DNA of 64,000 nucleotides from an uncultured Acidobacteriota bacterium (lineage in GTDB: Bacteria; Acidobacteriota; Blastocatellia; RBC074). The stretch is taken from assembly GCA_963796275.1 (NCBI GenBank), contig CAWCKY010000004.1:1120001-1184000 (forward strand). Direction: 5' to 3'. Position 1 is the stretch's first letter; every line of letters starts with the position of its first letter. Of the stretch, positions 34,523 through 45,228 are shown piece by piece. A program made the position numbers and the translations under genes. The notes under the pieces are model-generated. The model ran no database searches, was not told the DNA's origin, and saw only the letters and a list, made by a program, of their open reading frames with translations.

Positions 34523-35224
34523 TTAGCACCTTCTGGCGAGAGCCTGCTGATCGTGGATTGTGATGCGGTAATTGCGGTCGATTGAGAGATAACCGCGCTC
34601 TTTATATGAAACTATCACCCTGTTGATATGTTCACGCGACGCACCGATCAAGGCGGCGATGTCGCCTTGCGTCAGGCGGATTCCCACGTACATATCGCCG
34701 TTCTCACATCGCTGCCCGTATTGTTCGGCAAATGCGAGTATCTGGCGAGCGACGCGCCCTTCGACCGATTGGGTAGCCAGTGTCTGGATCTTCTCGTTCG
34801 CGTGGCGCAGGCGAGTTGCCAGGATGCAGGCCAGGTTATATGCCAGCATCGGCATCGCCATCAGACACCGCTGAAAATTCTCCCGATCCATCCACAACAG
34901 GGTTGAACTTTCAATGGTGACCACGCTGGCCGAACGGATGGCCTGGCCGAGAGCGCTCATCTCACCGATGATTTCGCCCGGGCCGAGGATCGCGACTATC
35001 ACGTCCCCTCCGTCCTCCTGTTCGATGTGGACTTTGACTGTCCCGCTGATAATCAAATAAACAACTTCACCCGCCTGCTCGGCGGTCATCAATGTAGTAT
35101 TGGCCGAGAAGGATTTGCGATGAATTAACTGGTTCACCTCACGCAGATGTTCGGCCGGTAGATTCCGGAACAGCGGAATATCGAAATCATCCAAATCAAA
35201 TATTATTGATTCACCGGATTTCAT
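34523..35224 (-). CDS. Crp/Fnr-family transcriptional regulator
   Basis: cNMP pocket IGEMSALGQAIRSASV; HTH TQGDIAALIGASREHINR; no Fnr-type Cys cluster. Confidence 0.95.
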   Translation of the reverse strand: MKSGESIIFDLDDFDIPLFRNLPAEHLREVNQLIHRKSFSANTTLMTAEQAGEVVYLIISGTVKVHIEQEDGGDVIVAILGPGEIIGEMSALGQAIRSASVVTIESSTLLWMDRENFQRCLMAMPMLAYNLACILATRLRHANEKIQTLATQSVEGRVARQILAFAEQYGQRCENGDMYVGIRLTQGDIAALIGASREHINRVIVSYKERGYLSIDRNYRITIHDQQALARRC

Positions 35225-35450
35225 AAGCTTTTACAGGTCCTGTGCCGCGCGCCACATTAGAGCGCTTCTTTATAATAGCGCTTCATTATTATAATTCTAA
35301 CTGTTCCGAAAATCGTTCAGATTGGGAAAGTCCTGTTGAGGCAGATTCGAATGTATCACAGGCCCGTGAGATTTGAAAATTTGAGATCTGATATCTGTCC
35401 CTTTTCCTCCCGACCTCTCTAATCCCTAACGGAGCAAGTCATTTCAAAGC

Positions 35451-35479
35451 TTGAACTTTCACCCCCGCTCTGTTACTTT
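35451..35479 (+). promoter_or_regulatory. Putative sigma70 promoter of rpsO
   Basis: TTGAAC-N17-TACTTT with an extended TG. Confidence 0.5.
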
Positions 35480-35597
35480 ACTATTAAATTTAATCAGGTC
35501 ATAAACACGCATGAGGGAAAATCATGAGTATGAGTCATGAATTTCATGAGACTATGATGGGAATAACTACTAAATCGGAAGGGGAAAAAACTTAGGA

Positions 35598-35867
35598 ATG
35601 TCTTTAGCAAAGGAAGCTAAACTAGATATCATTTCGGCGTACAAGACGCACGACACAGATACCGGTTCACCGGAAGTTCAGGTTGCGCTACTCACGCAGA
35701 GAATCAATGAACTTACCACGCATTTCAGAACTCACGCGAAGGACAATCATTCGCGCCGCGGACTGCTCAAATTGGTGAGTCAACGCCGCAGTCTTCTGGA
35801 TTATCTGAAACGTCGTGACATAAATCGTTACCACGATTTGATCCAGCGTCTAGGTTTAAGAAAATAA
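35598..35867 (+). CDS. rpsO: 30S ribosomal protein S15
   Basis: [31 protein letters not shown]. Confidence 0.98.
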   Translation: MSLAKEAKLDIISAYKTHDTDTGSPEVQVALLTQRINELTTHFRTHAKDNHSRRGLLKLVSQRRSLLDYLKRRDINRYHDLIQRLGLRK

Positions 35868-36331
35868 CATTGAAAAGAGCGAGCGGCGTCGGGAAATGTG
35901 ACGCCGCCTTCGTTGTGCAGCCGAACGTGACGGCACGAGATTCCCTATCCAACTGCGCGGCAGGCGGGTGGGCCCGCCTAGCAAGCGCGCCGGGAAAACG
36001 ACGATTTCATCCGACCATAGGAAATGAACCCCCGTTCTTCTATTCGGATGCCTCAGCGCCATCATCATTCCAGGCTGCCCGGATAAATTTACCGATGAAA
36101 ATTCAGATAGGATTTGGATTCTTCAAGATTCAACGCAGCCCACAAAATCCTGATAAATCCTGTAAATTCTGTCCATTTTTTGAGGACAGTCGTCCACCAC
36201 GCACGGACGACGCACTGAACAATGAAATTAGTTGCCGGTTTAAAGCTTACGGTTTCCAGTCGTTACTCCGTTTTCTGAATGTCTGAAAACTGAAAACTGG
36301 AACCCGGTCGCTAATTTCTGAGGAGACAAAG

Positions 36332-38444
36332 ATGTTTTTAAAACAAGCTATTAATTTAGGTGGCCGCGAGTTGACGATCGAAACCGGCCGAATTGCCAAA
36401 CAGGCAGATGGCGCGGTGCTCGTCAGACAGGGTGAAACCGTTGTACTGATCACCGCCGTTTCCGAACGCGAGCCCAAGGTGGGCTATAGTTTCTTCCCGC
36501 TGACCGTCGATTACCGGGAATATGGCTACGCCGCGGGACGAATTCCAGGCGGATACTTCAAGCGGGAAGGACGGCCGACCGAAAGAGAGATTTTGACGTC
36601 ACGATTGACCGATCGCCCCATCCGCCCGCTATTTCCCGAAGGGTACCAGCACGAGACGCAGATCATAGCGATGGTCATCTCCGCCGATGACGAAAACGAC
36701 CCGGATGTTCTTGCGATCACCGGGGCGTCGGCCGCTCTCTACCTCTCGGATATTCCCTTCCATAATCCGATCGCCGGCGTACGCGTCGGTCTGGTTGAAG
36801 GCAAATATGTCGTAAATCCGACCTATGAACAGCAACGCAATTCGCTGCTCAATCTTATCGTCGCCGGAAGCGAGGAAGCGATAGTGATGGTAGAGGCGGG
36901 CGCGAAGGAGGTCAGCGAACAGGTCATGCTCGAGGCGTTGATGTTCGCCCACGGCGAGATCAAAAAACTCTGCCAGCTGCAGCGCTCGATGAACGAGGCG
37001 CTCGAAGTCCGGAAGCGCGAGTTTACGCCGAAACAGATCAATGAAGAGCTCTTTAAAGATTTGGAAGAGAGGTTCTCCGCCGAACTGCGTGAGGCCCTCG
37101 ATGTCTCGAACAAGCCGAAGATCGAGAGCTATCAGATGATCGACGACCTCAAGAAACGAGCCGTCGAAACCTACCCCGATGAGGAAGCGGAGAAACGCGC
37201 CGAGGCGGGGGACCTCTTCGACCGGTTGAAAGAGCGCATCTTCCGCGATGATATTTTGAACAATCGCCGGCGCCCCGATGGCCGCAGGTTCTCGGAGATC
37301 CGTCCGATCTCGATCGAGGCCGGCTGGCTGCCGCGTACGCACGGTTCGGCTCTATTCACGCGCGGCGAGACGCAGGCCATGGTCACTGTTACTCTCGGCA
37401 CATCGCAGGACGTCCAGTATATCGACAGTCTGGAGAGCGGCGAATACAAACGCCGGTTCATGCTCGAACTACAATTTTCCGCCCTTCTCCGTCGGCGAAA
37501 CCGGACGGATGGGCAGTCCCGGCCGGCGCGAGATCGGCCACGGTGCGCTCGCGCAGCGCGCGCTCGAGGGCGTGACTCCGCACGAGGACGAATGGCCTTA
37601 TACAGTGCGCATCGTCTCTGACATCACCGAATCGAACGGATCGTCTTCGATGGCGACCGTCTGCGGCGGATCGCTCGCACTGATGGATGCCGGTGTTCCG
37701 ATCAGATCGGCTGTCGCCGGGGTCGCGATGGGCCTGGTTATGGAGGAAAAAAAGTTCGCCGTCCTGACCGACATCGCGGGAGCAGAAGATCACTACGGTG
37801 ACATGGACTTCAAGGTCGCCGGCACGCGCGACGGCATCACCGCCTTGCAGATGGACATCAAGGTCACGGGGTTGAACTCGCAGATTCTCGCCGATGCGCT
37901 GGAACAGGCGCGTAAAGGGCGCATCTACATCCTGGATAAAATGGAAGAGATCATCAGGGAGCCGCGTCCGGAGATCAGCAAATATGCGCCGCGCATCCTG
38001 ACCCTGCAAATCCCGGTCGACAAGATTCGCGACGTCATCGGGCCAGGCGGCAAGGTCATCCGGGGCATACAGGAAAAGACCGGGGCGAAAATCGACGTAT
38101 CTGATGATGGCAAGATCGCGATAGCGACGCCGAGCGGTGAAGCCGCCGACCTCGCGCTGCAGATGATTCGCGACCTGACGGCCGAGGCCGAAATCGGCAA
38201 GTCATATCTCGGTACGGTATCTCGGATCGTCGATTTCGGCGCTTTCGTCGAGATATTCCCGGGCGTCGACGGATTGCTGCATGTCTCCGAGATCGCGGAC
38301 TACCGCGTGCGCGATGTTCGGGACGAATTGAAAGAAGGCCAGCAGATACTCGTCAAATGTATTGGCGTAGAGGGCAACAAAATCCGCCTCAGCCGGAGAG
38401 CCGTGCTGAAAGAGGAAAAGAAGGCCAGGGGCGGCAATCAATGA
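36332..38444 (+). CDS. pnp: Polyribonucleotide nucleotidyltransferase, split by a +1 frameshift near 37467
   Basis: [24 protein letters not shown] in ORF 36332-37621; [30 protein letters not shown] and S1 domains in ORF 37278-38444; follows rpsO. Confidence 0.95.
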
Positions 38445-38446
38445 GA

Positions 38447-38566
38447 TAGTTTTCAGTTTTCAGTTTTCAGTTTTCAGTTTTTGTTGCTGAAAGCTGAAAA
38501 CTGGAGACTGGAGATGGGAGACCCGGAAACTTAAAACTGAAAACTTAAGACTGAAAACTTAAAACT
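38447..38566. repeat. Heptamer inverted repeat (GTTTTCA)n...(TGAAAAC/TAAAAC)n
   Basis: Seen directly. Confidence 0.85.
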
Positions 38567-38569
38567 GTT

Positions 38570-39637
38570 ATGAGAATCAACTTCACCTTGATCGTGATTT
38601 TTTGCCTGTTGTTAACTGGTGCTTTCTATATTGCCAAACCGGCTCAGACGCAAACTCAACCAACCGCTGAACTCAAAGACGAGCACGAGCGCCATCTGAG
38701 CGGGATTAAACAGCTGACTTTCGAAGGTGAAAATGCCGAGGCATATTTTTCCAGCGATGGGAAGAAGCTTATCTTCCAGCGGGCCGCGAAGGCCGACGGA
38801 TGCGATCAAATTTTTTCTATTAATATCGACGGGTCTGATATGAAGATGCTGTCGAATGGCGATGGAAAGACGACCTGTGCCTATTTCACACCGGATAGCC
38901 AGTCCATCGTTTACGCCTCGACCTTCAAAGCTTCTCCGACGTGCCCGCCGAAACCCGACTACTCGCGCGGTTACGTCTGGTCGCTCTTTCCGGGCTTTGA
39001 GATTTATCGCGCGAAGACCGATGGATCGAACATCGAGCCGCTGACTAAAACCGAGCGATACGATGCCGAAGCTACAATCCGCAAAGACGGAACGATCGTA
39101 TTCACCAGCCTGCGCGATGGCGATCTCGATATCTATACGATGGATAAGAACGGAAACAATGTGAAACGGCTGACGAACGAACTCGGTTACGACGGCGGAC
39201 CGTTCTGGAGTTATGACGGTAAACAGATCGTCTATCGCGCGCATCATCCCGAGAGCGAAAAGGAGAAGACCGATTATCTCTCGTTGCTCAAGGAGAATAT
39301 GATCCGCCCGAGCAAACTCGATCTCTGGATAATGAGCGCTGACGGTTCGAATAAACGCCGGATCACAAAAAACGGGAAGGCAAACTTCGCACCGTACTTC
39401 TTCCCCGACGGCAAACGCATTATCTTCTCATCGAATATGGACGATCCGAAGAGCCGGAACTTCGAACTCTATTCGATCAATGTCGATGGGACCGGCCTCG
39501 AACGCCTCACTTTCAACGAAGTTTTTGACGGGTTCCCGATGTTCTCGCCCGACGGCAAGAAACTCGTCTTCTGCTCCAATCGCAATGCCGCGAAGATGGG
39601 CGATACGAATGTGTTTATTGCCGATTGGGTGAACTAA
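38570..39637 (+). CDS. Secreted TolB-like beta-propeller (PD40 repeats)
   Basis: Repeated FSxDGKxIxF motifs; signal peptide. Confidence 0.88.
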   Translation: MRINFTLIVIFCLLLTGAFYIAKPAQTQTQPTAELKDEHERHLSGIKQLTFEGENAEAYFSSDGKKLIFQRAAKADGCDQIFSINIDGSDMKMLSNGDGKTTCAYFTPDSQSIVYASTFKASPTCPPKPDYSRGYVWSLFPGFEIYRAKTDGSNIEPLTKTERYDAEATIRKDGTIVFTSLRDGDLDIYTMDKNGNNVKRLTNELGYDGGPFWSYDGKQIVYRAHHPESEKEKTDYLSLLKENMIRPSKLDLWIMSADGSNKRRITKNGKANFAPYFFPDGKRIIFSSNMDDPKSRNFELYSINVDGTGLERLTFNEVFDGFPMFSPDGKKLVFCSNRNAAKMGDTNVFIADWVN

Positions 39638-39756
39638 CAAAAAGCTCGCAAAAAGCCGCAAAAATAGTTCATAGGCCCAAAAAGAAGAAAGGTGCAAAGT
39701 TTGATTCACTTTGCACCTTTTCCATTTGCGCCCGTGCGGACTCGCGCGTATCCGAA

Positions 39757-42700
39757 TCAGAAGATGAACTTCAGCGCGAGCTGAATATTTCGGTGCTGTT
39801 CGGCATTACTGATATTGTCGAACAATCCGCCTCGCGTCACCTGAACTGCCGTGGTACTTCCGGCAATGTTATTAGTCCCGCCGGCGATGAAGAGGTTCGG
39901 GTGATTGAAGAGATTAAAGAATTCGGCGCGGAATTGCAGCCTCTTTGACTCCGTGACCTTGATATTGCGGAAGAAGCTGACATTCCATGTCTGGAACCCG
40001 GGTGCGCGGAAAGTGTTGCGCCCCAGCGTTCCAATGAAGGGCCCATTGACCGATAGCGACGGCGATAACCCGGTAAAATCGAGGTAATCGAACGTGCCGC
40101 CCTGATCTGCTGATGGGCTCAGCGTTGTCCCGGGAATAGTGCCAGTGGCGAGCGGACGAATCGCCTGCTGGCCATTGTTGTCAGCCTGACCCGTATCGAA
40201 GACCGTGAATGGAACTCCGGTGCGGAAACTGAGCACACCATTCATCGCCCATCCGTCGAAGGCCGTCTTGAGCATCCCATTGTTCAAGTTCTTCGCAAAC
40301 GGAATGTCCCAATTGAAGCTGGTGACGAAACGATGGCGGACGTCGAAATCGGCATCCCCCTTGTCAGCCGCCGGATTGAAGGCATCCTGTGATCCGAACA
40401 CACCCGCTCCGACTCGTGAAATTAAATATGAGTCGCCGAATGTCGACGACTGATTGTCAATCGCGTGTGACCAGGTGTATGACGCGCGGAACTGCAACCC
40501 GGCGCGCCTGATATAGCGGCTGTCAACGCTCGCCTGGAACGAATTGTAATTCGAATGACCATCGTTGGCCCGCAGGTTGAGGCTGCTGATAGTCGGGTTC
40601 AGGCGCTCTCCTTCGCGCCCCAGCAGTATTCCGCTCCCGGCACGATTGACGTTATTGAGCGAATAGAGCTTGATGCCGTTCGATCCGGCATAGGCCAGCG
40701 TGAAAACGAAGTTGTTTCTCAGTTCGTGTTGCACGTTGACATTCCAGACATTGGCATAAGCCGTCCGCATATTCTGATCCAACCCGCGAGCAGACGAAGT
40801 ATAGCTTTGTCCGGAAAGGCCCGCCAGAGCCGCGTATTGATCGACATTGGGCCTAATCAGCGCACCGTTGGCTTCACCGACAACGAGCACCGCATAATTA
40901 GGTGGATTCTGAATAACATTGAAGAGCACATTGCCAAAGTTGCGGTCGTAGAAGATGCCGTATCCGGCACGCAAAACGGTCTTGTTATTGCCGAACAGGT
41001 CATAAGCTACGCCGATCCGGGGAGCGAAGTTGTTGTAATCGGGCCGGTAAAACCGATTCTTCAGGTCGCCCGTCTGATTGATCGTCAGATCAAACCGGCC
41101 ATTCGCAACCTGTTCAATCAGATTGTCGCCCTCGCCGTAATAGAAGTTGGCATCGAGAGGCCGCTCGCTGCCGGGGCTGTAAAGGACGCCGAAGTATTCC
41201 CAACGCAGGCCGGCATTGATCGTCAACCGCGGCGTGATCTTGAATGTGTCTTCGGCGAACAATGCGGCCTCATTGTAATGGAAGTGGCGTGTAAAACTGG
41301 GCGCGGTGAAAGGCGCATTGAGCGCGTCGCCCGGAAACCTGCCACCCGGATCGACCGCGATCTGGTAGTCCTGAATATCTCCATCGATGAAGTCCTGAAC
41401 GGTGCCGAAATCGGCGACCGCATTCTGGAATGCTCCGAATGCCCGGTTATCACGGATGTGGATGTACTGACCGCCGAATTTGAGCGTGTGGTTGTTGACC
41501 TGCCAGGACAACGTCGAGAACCCCTGATAGAGGTTTTGCGGCCCGCCAAAGGGAATTGCGGCGGCGATCGTGCTGGCAGTCGCGAAATAACCCGGTAACA
41601 CGACATCACCATCAGTCTGTGAGGCGATCACCTCGTTGATGAAGAAGGTAGGTGAAACAGGTGCAGCGCCCAGCGGTTGATTTTCGAGCAAACGGTTATA
41701 GACGAACCTCGACTCCGTTACAATGCTGGGCGACCACGTCCGCGTCAATTGCAATGTGAAATTCTGATTACGTTCATTTACCGCCGTCGTGAACCCGCCA
41801 TACGGGCTGAAACTGTTCGTCCCCACCAGTCCATCGGCACGTTCGTAAGCATAGCGGCCGAAGAGCGATGTGCGATCACTGAATGCATGGTCGACGCGGC
41901 CGGTCCAGAGGAGAGTATTCTGCGGCAGGTCAGCACCGGCATCGCGCGGCAATGGCGACGACACGCGGCCGAAGAGCGGAGTATCGGGCGCAATTGCGCT
42001 GCCCGATGCAGACGTTAATCCCGTCAGACCGAGATCGGCGGCCGTAAGCGATCGACCCGTAATCGCCGGTGTCGGGGATTGGGTGAAGATGCTGTTTGTT
42101 TCAGCCGAAGAGGCGGCGAGCAATTGGGGAGTCGGCACGAAAAATCCCGTGTCGACGCTGCTGCGGATCTTCAACCATTCCGCTGAGCCGAAGAAGAATG
42201 TCTTGTTCTTGATCACGGGCCCGCCGCCAGACAATCCGAATTGGTTGCGGTTGAAAAATGCCTTCTCGAAATTATTGGCGTTGTTGAACGAATCGTTGGC
42301 CGCGAGCGCCGAATTGCGGTTGAATTCGTAGACGGTGCCATGAAAATCGTTCGTGCCTGATTTGGTGACGACGTTGGCCACGAAACCCGAACCGCGGCCA
42401 TATTCGGCCGTGTAGTTGTTGGTTTGGATGCGGAATTCCTGGATCGTATCGAGCGGCACCGTCATTCCTGGTCCGGTCGAAAACGTATCATTGTTCTCGC
42501 CGCCGTCGAGAATGAAGTTTCCCGATTGCGAACGCTGACCATTGATTGCAAATCCCTGCCCGCGCATGAAGCCCGTTCCCCGATCCGGCCCATCGGTCGC
42601 CCCGGCCGACAATGCCACCAGGTCGTATGGATTGCGGCTTAGGAGCGGCAAGTCTTTGACCTGGCGTTCAGTAACCACATTCGATAATTGAGCATTCTGT

Positions 42701-43134
42701 GTTTCGACAGCAACGCCTCCCTCGCTGACGGTTATATCCAGAGTTTCAGCCGTACCTCCAACCTTGAGCTGCGTATCGAGTCGCAGTTGCTGCGAAACCG
42801 TCAGCTGCGCGCGGATCTCGCGCGCCGTGAACCCCTCCGCCGAAATGCGCAGAGTGTATGTCCCCGGCGGTAAACTGGTGAATATATATGTACCTTCACT
42901 GTTGGTCGTCGCCGAACGAGCCAACCCAGTCTCGATCGACGTCAAGCCAACCTTCGCGCTGAAGACCAAAGCGCCCGTCTGATCGGTCACAATCCCGGTT
43001 ATCGAACCGGTATATGACTGCGCTTGCGCTGCTATCGATAGCGAAGAACAGAGCACGATAGTGACCAGCGCATTTAGAAAAACATCGGCAATGCGATTGC
43101 GATGCTTATCTCTCAGAAAAAAAATTGTATCCAC
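39757..43134 (-). CDS. TonB-dependent receptor (Oar-like, carboxypeptidase-regulatory N-domain)
   Basis: GSITGIVTDQTGA, TKSGTNDFHG, NNFAPRIGVAYD, C-terminal IQLALKFIF. Confidence 0.93.
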   Translation of the reverse strand: MDTIFFLRDKHRNRIADVFLNALVTIVLCSSLSIAAQAQSYTGSITGIVTDQTGALVFSAKVGLTSIETGLARSATTNSEGTYIFTSLPPGTYTLRISAEGFTAREIRAQLTVSQQLRLDTQLKVGGTAETLDITVSEGGVAVETQNAQLSNVVTERQVKDLPLLSRNPYDLVALSAGATDGPDRGTGFMRGQGFAINGQRSQSGNFILDGGENNDTFSTGPGMTVPLDTIQEFRIQTNNYTAEYGRGSGFVANVVTKSGTNDFHGTVYEFNRNSALAANDSFNNANNFEKAFFNRNQFGLSGGGPVIKNKTFFFGSAEWLKIRSSVDTGFFVPTPQLLAASSAETNSIFTQSPTPAITGRSLTAADLGLTGLTSASGSAIAPDTPLFGRVSSPLPRDAGADLPQNTLLWTGRVDHAFSDRTSLFGRYAYERADGLVGTNSFSPYGGFTTAVNERNQNFTLQLTRTWSPSIVTESRFVYNRLLENQPLGAAPVSPTFFINEVIASQTDGDVVLPGYFATASTIAAAIPFGGPQNLYQGFSTLSWQVNNHTLKFGGQYIHIRDNRAFGAFQNAVADFGTVQDFIDGDIQDYQIAVDPGGRFPGDALNAPFTAPSFTRHFHYNEAALFAEDTFKITPRLTINAGLRWEYFGVLYSPGSERPLDANFYYGEGDNLIEQVANGRFDLTINQTGDLKNRFYRPDYNNFAPRIGVAYDLFGNNKTVLRAGYGIFYDRNFGNVLFNVIQNPPNYAVLVVGEANGALIRPNVDQYAALAGLSGQSYTSSARGLDQNMRTAYANVWNVNVQHELRNNFVFTLAYAGSNGIKLYSLNNVNRAGSGILLGREGERLNPTISSLNLRANDGHSNYNSFQASVDSRYIRRAGLQFRASYTWSHAIDNQSSTFGDSYLISRVGAGVFGSQDAFNPAADKGDADFDVRHRFVTSFNWDIPFAKNLNNGMLKTAFDGWAMNGVLSFRTGVPFTVFDTGQADNNGQQAIRPLATGTIPGTTLSPSADQGGTFDYLDFTGLSPSLSVNGPFIGTLGRNTFRAPGFQTWNVSFFRNIKVTESKRLQFRAEFFNLFNHPNLFIAGGTNNIAGSTTAVQVTRGGLFDNISNAEQHRNIQLALKFIF

Positions 43135-43537
43135 TTATACCTCCTTTAAACCTGCTGAAGATTTGTTTCTCTTACCGTTTTGTCTTTCCATTTCAATGAA
43201 TAGAAAAACAAGCAACAATCTGCGCAAGCCTTGTGCCTTGTTGGTTATATGTCGAGCGCGTTCAGGGTTGAACTGTTACAAGAATTGCGCACTGCTGGGT
43301 TTAAGAGTGGTGATGCCGGAATTGAAAAGCACCGCTGAAGATTTGATGAATATAAATTCGGATTCAAATTTTCGTAAATTTAAAGGATTTTCGGAGGCGG
43401 GGCGCCGCAAAGCGGGAAAAAATTTCCGGAAGCGACTCTATTAATGGATGCCGAGTGATAGGTGGTATCTGGATTTTTTCTATCGATCGATCCCTGAAGG
43501 AGATTAGAAGCAATAGCGGCTACGAATCTCCTAACGA

Positions 43538-45211
43538 TTATCCGATCTTGATGCCGATGCTCTCCAGAAACTTGGTCGGTTTTTCTCCGCCGATCAGGGC
43601 GAAGACGAAGTCGTTCTTGAATCGCTCGGTCTCTTTCGCAGTCTCGGCATCGCGCGAACGTGCGCTCATCAAGACAACTTCGCTGGGAGTGATCTCTTTT
43701 ATCGTTTGGCCGAAGTATGCTTTTATCTTTCCTTCGTCGATGCATTCATAAACCAGCATCTTATTGGCGAGCTTTACGTCGCCCTTGAAATTGCTGCGGA
43801 TGAGAAGGGAAACTATGTTGTCTCGCCAGCCGGCAATTCGCGAACCGTCCTCGGAACGATATGCCGTAAGATCAACCGCCGCCTCGACCGCGGAGTTGCC
43901 GGCTCCGACGACCAGGATGTGTTTGCCCGAAAAATCATTGGGATCGACCAGCTTGTATTTCACTTTCTCTTCATCGTAAGGCGGGCGCGGCCGCGGGATG
44001 TATCGCGATCCGCATTGCTGGCAGAATTTGTCATCTCCCAGGCGGCCGGCGCCGCACATCTCGCAGAAATCGGGAAAGACAAACCCGTGCGTGGTGATCG
44101 TGACCTTGATATTTTCACCGGCGACATTCAAACGCTGCGGGGTTCCGCGGTTGCCGATCGACAGTACAACGCGGCGCACCTTGTACTGCATCTTCAGTTT
44201 CGATTTATACTGCTCGGTCATGACCACAAAGCCATCGCCTTCGCGTTTGACGTCTTTGCAGCTCTCGTTTTCATTGATGACGAGCCCGTTCGATTTCACG
44301 GTCGACATCCACGACCCGATCATTTCTTCTTTGATTCCGCCCGCCCCATCCAGCTGGATCCCGCCATTCACCAGCTGTTCGGCGGGATTGAAGTAGACGA
44401 ATTTACCGGCCTGATAGGTCTGCTGAATTGTGGCGGCGATCTGATCCTGCTCGATGGCGATGTATTTCAGCCCGCGCTGGTTAGCGAGCGCGGTGGCAGA
44501 CAGCCCGGCCGGTCCGATGCCGATAATCGCCACGTCATATTCGCCGTTCCCGTTTTTGCCGGCTTGTTGCAGATCCTGGTAGACATATTCGATCACAGCC
44601 CCACCCTCGTTGATCGCGTTCTTTATCAAAGGCACGCCCGAGACATCGCCGATCAGATAGATTCCCGGAATATTCGTCATGAAACTCTGATCGCGCTTGG
44701 GAACCTTTCGCAGCGGGATATTTTTCGAGGTGTTGACGAGGATACACGACTTCGGGACGGTCGGACATTCGACCTCACAGCCGGTGTCCTCCATACACTG
44801 CTCGACCGCTACCGTGATGGCCTTGCCGTTGACCATTGCGAGTACGTCGTGCGGGCAGGCATCGACGCAGGCGTGACATCCAATGCAGGTTCCGATATTG
44901 ATCACCGGATGAGGATACGACGGCCCCTTGGGGTCGAGCATCGCTCTGGGCAATTCTCCGGAAACGGAACCCGGCTCTTCCTCCGGCACGACCTTCTCTT
45001 CCGCCTCAGCCATCGCCTCGAGCACACGGCTGCGGCGTTTTTTCGTGTCTATCAGGACGAGGGCTATCACGAGGAACATGGTGAGCAGTGTCAGGCTGCC
45101 CCAGCCGACCCACGGTACGGCGCCGTAACTGACCGGAAGTGAAGTGGCGAAAGCAACAACCAGTAAGAGAACGAGGAAAAATAGTGTGATAATCAGGTGT
45201 GATCGCTTCAT
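43538..45211 (-). CDS. Membrane-anchored 4Fe-4S / FAD-NAD(P)H oxidoreductase (TrxB/YpdA-like fold)
   Basis: Two N-terminal hydrophobic helices; CIGCHACVDACP and CMEDTGCEVECP; FAD motif IIGIGPAG; NAD(P) motif VVGAGNSA; inserted CEMC...CQQC. Confidence 0.85.
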   Translation of the reverse strand: MKRSHLIITLFFLVLLLVVAFATSLPVSYGAVPWVGWGSLTLLTMFLVIALVLIDTKKRRSRVLEAMAEAEEKVVPEEEPGSVSGELPRAMLDPKGPSYPHPVINIGTCIGCHACVDACPHDVLAMVNGKAITVAVEQCMEDTGCEVECPTVPKSCILVNTSKNIPLRKVPKRDQSFMTNIPGIYLIGDVSGVPLIKNAINEGGAVIEYVYQDLQQAGKNGNGEYDVAIIGIGPAGLSATALANQRGLKYIAIEQDQIAATIQQTYQAGKFVYFNPAEQLVNGGIQLDGAGGIKEEMIGSWMSTVKSNGLVINENESCKDVKREGDGFVVMTEQYKSKLKMQYKVRRVVLSIGNRGTPQRLNVAGENIKVTITTHGFVFPDFCEMCGAGRLGDDKFCQQCGSRYIPRPRPPYDEEKVKYKLVDPNDFSGKHILVVGAGNSAVEAAVDLTAYRSEDGSRIAGWRDNIVSLLIRSNFKGDVKLANKMLVYECIDEGKIKAYFGQTIKEITPSEVVLMSARSRDAETAKETERFKNDFVFALIGGEKPTKFLESIGIKIG

Positions 45212-45228
45212 ATCGTGCCTTTTCTCGT

